A stretch of 63,717 nucleotides of DNA, the filler included, from Asterionella formosa (Eukaryota): assembly GCA_002256025.1 (NCBI GenBank). It is 24 parts of 24 records of this genome, joined end to end, with 100 filler letters (N's around TTAATTAATTAA, not from the genome) between each part and the next. Parts side by side here need not be neighbours in the genome. Positions count along the whole stretch, not along the records: positions 1 to 1,134 come from NKIB01004118.1; positions 1,235 to 2,368 come from NKIB01004119.1; positions 2,469 to 3,602 come from NKIB01004120.1; positions 3,703 to 4,836 come from NKIB01004121.1; positions 4,937 to 23,189 come from NKIB01004122.1; 19 more parts are not named here. One strand, 5' to 3'. Positions 1 through 10,549 of this stretch are shown here, one piece after another. Made by a program: the position numbers and the translations under genes. The notes under the pieces are model-generated. The model had not been told where the DNA came from. It did no database searches and saw only the letters and a list, made by a program, of their open reading frames with translations. How positions within the stretch are numbered: the first letter of the stretch is position 1; each line of letters starts with the position of its first letter.

Positions 1-9
1 TTTGTAATC

Positions 10-1134
10 CTAAGATCGACGACGGAAATTAGCACGATGTAAACGTTCGTCAATTATCACTTGTCGACGTTGATGTATTAATTGTAAATCTGTAATCAAA
101 GGAAAATTTAATATCATATCACGTTGAAAAACCCATGCTCCTGGTGAAATACGTAATATACTATGAATAGTAGCTTGAGCTGCATATGATGCAGTTGCAA
201 AACATGTATCCACAATATTTTGGGCTTGAAATTCATTGATTGGAGGATGAGCCTTTAACATAACTCGTAGACTATTGCTGATAGATTGATGTAAACGTTC
301 ACAGATAGCATTTGCTTGTGGATTCTTTACAGTAGTAGTCACATCTTTGATTCCATTCAATACTAACATGTGTAAGAAAGGAGCACCAGTAAATTCACCT
401 CCATTGTCATGTATACAGCATTCTGGACGGGGATATCTGGCTAACAAATCATTTTCAAATTTCATTGCAATATATTCTGATGTTTTATTGGTGATACGTG
501 AAATTTCTGCTAAATTGGTGACTGTGTCAATACAAGTAAGAGCACGAAATTCAATCGTTTCAGCAGCCGCTGTTATCTTCCATGGACCAATTAGATCTAC
601 TGCGACTTCTGACCATGGTAATAATAATGCATTCCTGGGTGGAAGTTCACCAAAACCAGTACCAGGTAATTTTGTACGTTGACATGCTTCACATACTCTT
701 ACAATATGTTCCACTCTTGCTTTTAATGTAGGGTGATAAAAATGTGTAGCAATTGTAGCATTTAATCTTGTCATACCCACATGAGCTAACATCTGATGAT
801 ACCAATTAATAATAGGATCCAATAATGATGTAGGAATAGCAATACGCCAAGTATCTCCTGGATTCTTCACAAAACATATTAAAAATATATCATGAAAATT
901 GATAGAAGGAAATTTTAATGGATTTGTTTGTTGATTGAGAATTAATTGTATATCCAGCAATTGTCTATCATGTATTAAATGATAATCCAGAGGATATTGA
1001 ATATTGTCTGTCAAGATGGGATGATTAAGGAAACATGTTAGCAAAGGTTCATCATCTAATTCAATTGAAAAAGTAGAAGTGGAAGTTGATGTTGGAGATT
1101 TCGGTCCAATATCAATATCATCCTCCACCAAAGA
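10..1134 (-). mobile_element. Ty3/Gypsy LTR retrotransposon pol fragment (H2C2 zinc finger + rve integrase)
   Basis: WYHQMLAHVG...CEACQ zinc-binding motif, VAVDLIGPW, HDNGGEF, NPQANAICERLH integrase core; truncated by contig end. Confidence 0.92.
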
Positions 1135-1234
1135 NNNNNNNNNNNNNNNNNNNNNNNNNNNNNNNNNNNNNNNNNNNNTTAATTAATTAANNNNNNNNNN
1201 NNNNNNNNNNNNNNNNNNNNNNNNNNNNNNNNNN
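1135..1234. other. Artificial contig spacer N44-TTAATTAATTAA-N44 (repeated about 23 times in the window)
   Basis: Identical 100-nt spacer with a six-frame stop core recurs, e.g. at 2369, 3603, 4837, 23190, 24423, 36749, 55102, 62488. Confidence 0.99.
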
Positions 1235-2241
1235 CCACCAACACCAATTTCGGAAATGAGACGGCTACCACTGGAACGTGGCATGATTTTGTCTTATAAT
1301 AGTTGGCTGGTGTTGCTGTTTTTATGGCAGGTTGATTCGTTAGATTGTGTAAAAATAAAAAATATTTTTATCATTCATGCCACCTCATTTCTAGAAGGTT
1401 TTGAAACATCGTACGTAGGTGGATTGAAGTTCTTGATTTCCTAATGAAATAAATGAAAATCGTAAAAACACTAATCATTAATAGATTTAGAACATTTAGA
1501 ACGTTTGGAAGTTGGTTTGAAACCAGTGAACACTTCGTTTGGGTCCTTGTTCTTCAAAAGAGATCGAACCCCCTTCAAACAACAGTCAGGAAGTTGCATC
1601 CGAACACCTTTTCCCAATGGACCACTGAAAACTCTGATTAGAAACTTGTACAGAAGATTGCGGGCTCTTGATGCCGTAATGTCTTCATCCTTCAGCCTGG
1701 TAAGAATGGATTCACCTTCCAGAAACTTCTCCACCAACTCTTCGACTTCATCCCATCGGCACTGACATTCAGGGCAGCAAAAATCGCAGCATTCGCAGAA
1801 GATGCGATCCTCACATCCCTCCACATACAACTCTACAATCAACCGGTCTTGGCAGGTAGGACAACTATCATGACTGTAGTTAAACTCGTCATTACCATTG
1901 TCATCATTTTGATGTGTAATTTCGCTCATGGTTGATTGTTGCTTTTTTTGTTTCTTACCGGTAGTCATCAACAATATTTGCCATGCTGCCAGCTCGTCTG
2001 ACACATATATGTTGATTGTATGATAGGGTATATAAACATTGAGCGATGGAGAACGTTTATGTATATATTTATTGAATTCGAAAAGGAATCTATGTATGTA
2101 CGCGCAAATTTCCAGTGATTCAAATATTTCAATTGGAATCACGTCATTCAAAATTAACTCATAAAAATTCTTAGTTCCAGGGAATTTCGGCAACCCTAAG
2201 CAATATTTTAATTTTTGCCTAGGGGTTCAAATGCAGGAACC
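1235..2241 (-). mobile_element. Possible Kolobok-like DNA transposon 5' end
   Basis: Minus strand reads TTAA|GGTTCCTGC at 2241, upstream of the ballast-like ORF; a second ORF (MPRSSGSRL...) starts near 1284 and runs off the contig; only one end visible. Confidence 0.35.
1471..1968 (-). CDS. Cys-rich protein with P2X7 C-terminal (ballast)-like motif, probably a transposon accessory ORF
   Basis: CPTC...CECCDFCCPEC followed by GPLGKGVRMQLPDCCLKGVR...FTGFK, resembling the GxLGxGxRxxxPxC..IR...YTGF motif; start codon uncertain. Confidence 0.55.
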   Translation of the reverse strand: MTTGKKQKKQQSTMSEITHQNDDNGNDEFNYSHDSCPTCQDRLIVELYVEGCEDRIFCECCDFCCPECQCRWDEVEELVEKFLEGESILTRLKDEDITASRARNLLYKFLIRVFSGPLGKGVRMQLPDCCLKGVRSLLKNKDPNEVFTGFKPTSKRSKCSKSIND

Positions 2242-3049
2242 TTAAGTATAACTGTTAGTAAGTAAGTAGTACCAGGTACCATAAGGGTACATGAGGTGAT
2301 GGGACGAGAACACTGCAAGCTGCGGTCATTTTGCTTTAACTAACATTTTAATCTAAATCTTTAGTTTCNNNNNNNNNNNNNNNNNNNNNNNNNNNNNNNN
2401 NNNNNNNNNNNNTTAATTAATTAANNNNNNNNNNNNNNNNNNNNNNNNNNNNNNNNNNNNNNNNNNNNAAAAGGAAATGTGCGTTTAGATTACAATTTGT
2501 TGTTGTCCTGCCTCCCAACGATTGTCATCCAAGTACCACATTGATGGCTTCATTACCTTAAACATAGCTACTCCATCCTTCGAAGGCGCAATGTGTCGAA
2601 GCCACAATGTTTTTCATTATTGCGTAAACTTTCCTTTCTTGTCATGTGCTTTACTACGATATTTCTTTTCATGAAGCAGGCATTGTTTGTTAACATGACA
2701 GAACGAATTCAAATATATTCGCCATGTATATAGCTAGTTATAAAATTTGTAAATATATAAATATATCAAGTGTTGTACATTTATAAAAATCAAAGGCACT
2801 CTCAATATGGAACATCTGGTATTGTTCAGATGATCATATTTGCATATAGATATTTGGAAAATATTCAATGCACGATATGTCCATTGTTTTCCATGACTTC
2901 GTGTACCGGTACTGTTTTTTTGAAATTTGTTTGCATCAATATTTTCTACGTCCGTTGAAACTAATTATTTAGACCATTCAATTGGTGTATTAAGTCATAA
3001 CCCATTTGTATCATTATTTATATGCAAGGATTCAGGTAGGAAGTGATAT

Positions 3050-3300
3050 CCTGGGGGTACCAGGTAGTCAGAGTACCAGGTAGTAAGCGAGCAACAGAAC
3101 ACCATAGGTTCACGACTGTTGCTACTGCAGCCGGACAGTAAATCATCATAGTTTCAGGATCATATGATCGTAAAATTGAAAGAGGGTAGTCAGAGTAGTA
3201 AGCGAGCAACAGAACACCATATGTTCAAGACTGTTGCTACTACAGTGGGACAGTAAAGCATCATATTTTTAGGATTGTATAATTGTATAATTGAAAACAA
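3050..3300 (-). repeat. ~100-120 bp minisatellite family, copy set 1
   Basis: Reverse complement of the unit at 3975-4470 (gtcccactg..gtagcaacagtc..gaacatatggtgttctgttgct). Confidence 0.85.
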
Positions 3301-3702
3301 GATATGCTATTACTCAAACTCGGTTCTGATTTTGTATATGATAATGTAAATAGCACTGTTGGTTTTATGGTATCATATCTAGACAGCGTAAAATATTATA
3401 TTTAGTGGCTGATGATTCATTTCATTGTAGCTAGCAACACCTGATTTTGAGATCATCGATCTTTAAGGAAGAGAACGACAACAGTTATCTAGTAGTACAA
3501 GCAATGTCTTCAAAAAACCATAAAGAGGTTCATGGAAACAAGCGACATGTGGCAAATACTGCCGGTATGGAACAAAGAAGCAAGTACCAAAATGAGTTAA
3601 ACNNNNNNNNNNNNNNNNNNNNNNNNNNNNNNNNNNNNNNNNNNNNTTAATTAATTAANNNNNNNNNNNNNNNNNNNNNNNNNNNNNNNNNNNNNNNNNN
3701 NN

Positions 3703-3968
3703 TCCAGAAAGATACGCTCCTTTTCGGCTACTGTGAGACGAATGAGTTCCCCACTTTCCGGATCGACGACACAGTATTCCTCGTCAGGAATGCATTCTTC
3801 TTCCTGCAAGTTAGTCTCAAAGAATCGTCCAGACTTGGCGTCGTAAGCGATTTCTCTCGTTCCGCTCGTAATGGTGATCTTTTCGTCGCTTCCTTCTTCG
3901 GCCATTAAAAGTGGACCAGCAACGGCCACACGACCAGCTGTTGTCGTTGTCTTCCTTAAAGTTCGATG
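3703..3968 (-). pseudogene. PGRL1-like (PGR5-like 1) 5' fragment lacking a signal peptide
   Basis: CIPDEEYCVVD...LIRLTVAEKERIFL resembles the algal PGRL1 N-terminal region; preceded by transit-peptide-like TLRKTTTTAGRVAVAGPLLMA; in-frame TAA just upstream. Confidence 0.6.
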
Positions 3969-3974
3969 ATCTTA

Positions 3975-4470
3975 AATTCATTTACCGGTACCGGTACTGT
4001 CCCGCTGTAGTAGCAGCAGTCATAGACATATGGTGTTCTATTGCTTGCTTATTACCGGTACTCCGACTACCGGTACCGCTTTTCAGTTTCACGATCATAC
4101 AATCCTAAAACTATGATGATTTACTATGGTGTGATATTGCTTGCTTATTACTCCGACTACCGTTTTCCAGTTTTACGATTATACAATCCTAAAACTATGA
4201 TGATTTATTGTCCCACTGCAGTGTGCTATGGTAGCAACAGTTCTGAACATATGATTTTCTATTGGTTTTTAGTTTTACGATTATACGATCCTAAAATTAT
4301 GATGATTTACTGTCCCACTGTAATTGCAACAGTCATGAACACATGGTGTTTTTTGGTGTTTTTTATGATCATACTATCCTAAAACTATGATGATTTACTG
4401 TCCCACTGCAGTAGCAACAGTCCTGAACATATGGTGTTCTGTTGCTAGTTTACTACTCCGACTACCCCCA
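3975..4470 (+). repeat. ~100-120 bp minisatellite array (about 5 partial units)
   Basis: Recurring atcctaaaactatgatgatttactgtcccactg and gaacatatggtgttct blocks; also at 61357-61430. Confidence 0.9.
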
Positions 4471-4936
4471 GTACGGTATATCACTTACTACCTGTTACTG
4501 GTGCTCTATATATATATATGATATATTGTTATTGTCATACCGGTATGATGTACCGGTACACATGAAGAGCTCCCAACCAAAAAAGGGGCTTAAACAATTT
4601 GCTACCAAAACCCTTGCGGCAATTGAACGGTCTAAATAATTAGTTTCAACGCACGTAGAAAATATCGATGCAAACAAATTTCAGAAACAATTCCGGTACA
4701 CGTAGTCGTGGAAAACAATGGATATATGGTGCATTGAGTATTTTCGAATTATGAATATGCGAGTATGATCATCCCAACCATATCAGATGTTCCTTATCGA
4801 GAGCGCCTTTGAATTTTATAAATGTATAACACTTAANNNNNNNNNNNNNNNNNNNNNNNNNNNNNNNNNNNNNNNNNNNNTTAATTAATTAANNNNNNNN
4901 NNNNNNNNNNNNNNNNNNNNNNNNNNNNNNNNNNNN

Positions 4937-5194
4937 ACCAAACGCAATGCCTGTGCAGCTCATTATTAGTTGTTGATATGCCTTGTCATTGGCTTCATAG
5001 ATTTTCTTTTCTGCATCAGTAGCAGAGGTTGCATATGTTGTGTCACTGCATGGTTTCGTATCATTTGCATAGACAAGGCGAAAGCCCTTGATCTTAGATA
5101 GAGATAGAGTTTTGACACTCCATTCATGCCAGTTTGATTCCTCTCCATCAAACTTTATCAAGCGAATGACCTTGCCCGATTTCTCATCAGCCAT
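4937..5194 (-). mobile_element. Ty1/Copia (CoDi-type) gag N-terminus
   Basis: MADEKSGKVIRLIKFDGEESNWHEWSVK...NDKAYQQLIMSC, typical copia gag start; lies just downstream of an LTR-like segment. Confidence 0.75.
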
Positions 5195-5242
5195 GTTGCT
5201 GCGTTGGTAATCTGTGTAAAGCAATAGGTCCGTTTATAAACG

Positions 5243-5650
5243 TGTTAAATTCCTTACACCATTAGCAGTACATGTTTGCACACGCTGTATGCTATAGTCT
5301 TTCTCTTAGACAAGTTAAATGTAGACAGCAACGTTTTGCTTCTTTATTTTATTGTGAGCTTATAAAACTAGAAATTGACTTACAATCGATTCAACTCCAC
5401 TTATTTCAGATCAGTTGGATCTTGGATCTTTTGTCCAAACTTTCATACAGATAACCAAGTAATGATAATGATCTGTTCCTGATCATTCAATCATTCTTTT
5501 ACTTCATAACACATATAGAATATTGTTTTACTTACATTGTCGGCAGCTCCAATGGCGACGACATGCCTGTGAATAGTTCATTACATAGAACATTTAACTT
5601 TCCAAATATTCCATCCCATCTTATTAATTGTATGTTCGTCTTCATTAACA
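5243..5650 (-). mobile_element. Putative 5' LTR of the Copia element
   Basis: Bounded by TGTTAA (5243) and TTAACA (5650), about 50 bp upstream of gag. Confidence 0.6.
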
Positions 5651-5694
5651 TTAGTTCAAATATTTCTCACCGGAAACAGTTTCTCTATATAGCA

Positions 5695-7005
5695 GTCCCG
5701 AAATTCTACCAAGGTAGTATTTTCTCGTAGGCCTTGGTAGTCTTCTACTGAGGACAGAAAATACCTCCAAGGTATTGGCAAATATTTACGTGGTCAGTAT
5801 GAGGTATGTAACAGGTCAAAATTCTACCATGTAGAATTTTTGGTAGAATTTGTTATCTCGTTTTGGTAGTATATTCTACCAATTATAATAACGAGGTTAG
5901 GGTTAACAGTGATATTTTCAAGAAAATTCTACCTGCAAGGAAAATGAGAGCAATACCTGTATATGTTCTATCTACCGATAATTTCGGTAGTCCATAATTA
6001 CTTCATTCTTTAACCCGTCTCAACTGTAATAATCACTGTTAATGATACTCGCTGCTATTCTATACAAGGATGCATGGACGCGAGATTGACACACGAGGAT
6101 GATGGACTTTCGAATGGTAAGGCAAAAGATGGCATCAACACAGTATGCCCTGCTCGCTCACACTTGCTCCCATCGAACACAACACAGCAACAATCCCGCG
6201 GATTCAACAGCACATGGTACATCCGTCACGTGGAAGCATCGCCCTCCAAGCACTGTAAAATGCCGTCACCAACCGAAGGTCGGTCGCTTCCGTTGCATTT
6301 CAGGCTATGTACCAAACCGTTCACACCGCGGACCAGCCGCCGCAAAACGTGGCTGATTCTGGGATTCAAGACAAGTTGAGGACGGATCTGTTGCTGGGAG
6401 TGGAATTCAACCAAACAGAACGTGTGAACCGAAAGGATAGATCCTGAACTCAAAGTGGTTGTTGCGTGAATTCAACAGACTGCCACACTTTCTTGAGCAT
6501 CGTCTTGAGCCTTCATATACACAATGCAAAAAACTATTTGCTTGTCCATGAAGGTTTAGTGGTGATGGCGTTCCTCCAGTTGTGGTAGTTCCAATGGACA
6601 TGACAGCACCATCTACAGTTGGAAGTAGTGTGAATGTTGAGGGGCAAATTCAACAATTAACAAGCAGGCAACGATTTGCAATTATAGTTGGACCTCATTA
6701 TGGTTCTGGCCTACAAGCAACTGTATGTAATCCAAGCAAGGCTCCAACAAAGTCGCAAGGACTTTGTGAAGTTGGAATGGCAGAGAGAAAGTCAGTCAAG
6801 CTATTTACAAGGCTTGAGAGGGGGAGGAATAAATGATTTTATTATTGGGTAAGTTACAGAGCAGATTACCAGTAGTTGTGGTTAAGTGCTGATACAATGA
6901 TCAACAGAATATATGAGGCATATTGTCAAGAACTTTCATTGACCCACATTTTCAACAAAATGCTTATTGATTGATGCAATGGTGGAAATCCACAACTACG
7001 TGTTT
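5695..7005 (+). mobile_element. Degenerate CryptonS-like element
   Basis: 5700-5935 is homologous to 54060-54303 (repeated AAATTCTACC/GGTAGAATTT); 6770-7000 encodes broken RKSVKLFTRLERGRNK...ADTMINRIYEAY...NGGNPQL resembling the CryptonS C-terminal GCR1_C-like domain. Confidence 0.65.
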
Positions 7006-8154
7006 AGTTTATTACTACCACATTAACTAGCATGCACATTATTACATTCTCATTGTTTCCATGCAATGTTATTCATTTGATTTGAGTTGATTTACCGATG
7101 TGTTAATATGTATTGTAGGAGTACCATAGTATGATAGCCGACACAAAATTAATGATCACTCTGCATACCGGTATACCGGTACGTATATTGAATTGCACGA
7201 CGAAGTACCTGGTACCTGGTACCTGTAATGAGTAAAGGTACCTGGTGTCAGGTACAGCAACTGGTACTGATGGTCATGCTGATGAGCGATATGCAAACAT
7301 TCATGATCAGGTACTGGCTTTGTACACGGTGCTAGTAAATTACTAGTGCACTAGCTTCTACTACGGGTAGCATTCTCTGTCGAATAAAAAGTGAATACCT
7401 ATACATATAATATTGACGACATGTACATTGATGGAATGCTGTTAACCCTAACTCAAATCATCCTAGATTTTGTCAATCTTGACTCTCAGTTCAAATCTTC
7501 CAAACGTTGACTCTCAGTTTTTTAGTGGGTCCAGCCAGGTTCCTGGAGGAAGGCCCGGTACGTCAGAGTGTGTCTGTTAGGCTGTTGATGTCGACAGGTG
7601 TCCGAAGACTAGATGTAGTCTGAGAAATGTCTCAACAGAAATAGAGGATAGGATTTACATAGGAGAATAATCTCTAGATGAGCAGCGCGAGAACGATGTT
7701 GACAAGTATTCCAGGGCAGTACTGGAGCGAGCTAGAGTAGGCGCCATATATTTCAACGCTGGTTAACGTTGAAAATAGAATGAACAGCCATCTGATTGTT
7801 GATTGCAGATGTGGGACTATAATAATACGACAGACAGAGTACATTATAGTCAAGTGATGTAGGAAAGAGTTTTGCCATGTTTTTTAGGAATGGTCGCATT
7901 TGCACGCATTTTTTGTTGACGAGCACAACCAGGCGTCGACCATGGTAGATCTCATCTAGAAAACAAGAAAATAATCCACGAAAACTGAAAGTGGTCGATG
8001 GAGCTTTCTCCAAGCTGATATCAACAAATAGAAGCGCATTCGGAGTAGCAAATTACTTTTTTGTTTATATAGCTAGTCGTGTTCATTGTAATGCGTCGGT
8101 TCATGCATCCTTGAGGGGACATATGAACTGGGTACTGGTGCTTGAATGCCAAGA

Positions 8155-9081
8155 TTAGAATTCAGAATTCACTGCAATACAAACCTTGTAATTCATCGTT
8201 GCATGATGTACTCCTCGAGGTGAAACATGATGAGCTTCATTTAATGTGTTGCTTCCTGCGGTTCTGGTCGAAGGAAGAGGCAGCTTGATGCACTTCGGCG
8301 ATGATGGACTCAAAACCATCGATTGAAAGAGCATATTCTTCACATCAAGGAGCTCCTTCGACTTTAGATCGATACCGACCGTAGTGGCAAGCTTCTGTAG
8401 CGCTTTAATATCATCCTTATTATTCAGCGACTGGAATGCATTGACAATCGCAGCGAATGCGATAGTCGATGGGTTAATGCCAACGAAAAAGTAGTCGCTA
8501 ACAGCCACTTCAGTCTGAAACGTTGCCAATTTCAAGACTGTCTCCCTTTTATCGGTCTCCATGTCGGGTAAGAGAGCGAAGAAGCAGTGGCAGAATGCCA
8601 AAGCAGTTGGTGGATGCAATCGCCAGTCAATTGCCCCAATAATTTGTCGCTCCATGGTCTCGACTTCCTCCTTATTATGAGCTCCACGAGACAAACCGGC
8701 AATGGTTTTTGGATCGACAGCCTCGGGTTCATTTACCTTGATGGCTGTGTACAAAGAAGCCATGGCAGCCAACTGAAAGATTTTGCGGTTGTTCCTCGCT
8801 TCATTTCCGCTTGGACTAGCCAAGAACCGATCCAAATATGACATGCTAATGGCGACAGTCTCACGCTGAAACTTGCAGAAGTCAACAACTTGATGCTTCC
8901 ATTCGGCCATCTTGAAGCGACATTCTGCATCCACGGGAATGCTTTTCGGGATCAACGGACCCATCATGACGTTTATTGGGGGCTGGTGTTGATGAAGATA
9001 ATCCGGTGCAATTGCGTATGCGGTCGCTTCTTGCACACGCATGACCTTGATCGAGGCGATAACTTCTTCGCGGTTATTCAT
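8155..9081 (-). CDS. Cyclin, diatom-specific cyclin (dsCYC) type
   Basis: Cyclin box CRFKMAEWKHQVVDFCKFQRETVAISMSYLDRFL, FQLAAMASLYTAIK, MERQIIGAIDWRLHPPT; intronless 308 aa. Confidence 0.93.
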   Translation of the reverse strand: MNNREEVIASIKVMRVQEATAYAIAPDYLHQHQPPINVMMGPLIPKSIPVDAECRFKMAEWKHQVVDFCKFQRETVAISMSYLDRFLASPSGNEARNNRKIFQLAAMASLYTAIKVNEPEAVDPKTIAGLSRGAHNKEEVETMERQIIGAIDWRLHPPTALAFCHCFFALLPDMETDKRETVLKLATFQTEVAVSDYFFVGINPSTIAFAAIVNAFQSLNNKDDIKALQKLATTVGIDLKSKELLDVKNMLFQSMVLSPSSPKCIKLPLPSTRTAGSNTLNEAHHVSPRGVHHATMNYKVCIAVNSEF

Positions 9082-10022
9082 GGTTTGTTGAGATTAGAGA
9101 AGTTGCTTGTTAAACTGAGTTTATGACCTTGCATGAGTACTACGGAATTATTGATTGAGAGCTCTCTTTTGAAAGTTGAGAGTGGTATATATCGTGCTTA
9201 CTGATAGACGCGAGGGAAATGTACAATTTGTGATTGTTTGAACGTGCCGTGACTGTAATGATTGCACTCAAACGAGAAGTGTGGAAGGAAGAGAAGCAGA
9301 ACCGACCGTGGACCTTCCTATGTATAGCGACACCAACATCGTGACAAAGAAAGCGATGCCTTGACAGAGAGGGGCAGTATTGTTGAAAGCTACAGAAATA
9401 AAAAAGAAGTCAAGCTTTGCCGGGAACCCAGGAATGTACACCTTTTTTTATTATGACATGTGTTAACAATATAATTATCGGTATATGAATGGTGCATCTT
9501 CAACAGCTTGAACATACCAGGTACCAGGTACCCAGAAGTCAACTATAGACCTCGTACTAATGTGACATAGAGCGACTAAGATAACGGTACATCATAAGAA
9601 TCATGATTTAGTAGTGCGATGTGCCATAAAACATATACCCGATTCCAGGTACCAGGTACCAGCTACTAGCACCGTACATTATTGTATAATGACTTACAAA
9701 GAAGTAAAAACCAACAGTATATTTGCTACCGGTACTAACAGGTGAGCGATGATGACGAAATAGCATTACCGCAGTGCTCATCGGGGCAGTCGTGTAACAA
9801 AGAAAGACGCACAACACCATTGGACGACAGAAGGTGAATGCTACCGCTAGATCGAGTACCGGTATACCTCGTACCCTTGGCACGACATAAATCACATCCA
9901 GGTACCGGTACATAGGGCATTCATACCGAGCCAACTTTGTCCATTCGAATGGATGGATATATGAAACAATATCACGTATTCACCACTAGTCATACGTACC
10001 GTTCCATACACAGTACATGCTA

Positions 10023-10375
10023 TTAAAAATTAATAACTTTCAACGTGCTTTCTAAGACCTCGTGGTTAAACGTGGTTTTTTCATAGCACGGCCCCTGCCG
10101 ACAAGTCCGTGTGCTTCCCGAGTTTTGATACCTGGTACTTGGTGGCGTATCGGTACCTGGTACCGGTAGGTGAGTCCCCAACCATCTTTCGCAAAAGGTG
10201 ATCGTCTTTTCCGCAGCGTTTCGGGAAATTGCACACTACCGGCAGGCAAAAGCGCACAGGACAGTGAGGAGTGTGGGAGTCGAAACCAATAATTGCTTCT
10301 CAAAGAAATTCCGGGAATCGAACCGCACGACTTCAAATCAAAGGCAACATGCCCAACCGACTGAGCCGTTCCTCA
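10023..10375 (-). mobile_element. tRNA-derived SINE-like element, copy 1
   Basis: Minus strand: A-box-like CGGCTCAGTCGG, B-box GGTTCGATTCC, second GTTTCGACTCC, body homologous to 39992-40344. Confidence 0.7.
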
Positions 10376-10549
10376 CCATTATTAGTACATGTTAGTTAGT
10401 ATCTATTTGTCCATTTTACAAATAAAAGTATGTACCAGTACTGGGACCCTGAGGATACAACCACAGTAAACGCAAATATTGTAGGTTATGTAGCTAGATT
10501 CACATTTACTTCCTTTGTGCATTTTGATGAACACATGCACCCTTTACTG

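Noticed and set aside
1179..1190. Recurring TTAATTAATTAA with ~1.2-kb periodicity
   Set aside because: Artificial contig spacer; the periodicity reflects similar contig lengths. Adjacency across spacers has no biological meaning.
3975..4470. CRISPR-like repeat array
   Set aside because: Long degenerate tandem units with no unique spacers and no cas genes; eukaryotic minisatellite.
5895..5906. Telomere-like TTAGGG motifs (also about 7444, 29594, 32672)
   Set aside because: Only one or two units each; compatible with chance.
7440..7770. Candidate solo LTR (TGTTAACC...GGTTAACG)
   Set aside because: Right end is not CA, no TSD and no second copy in the window.
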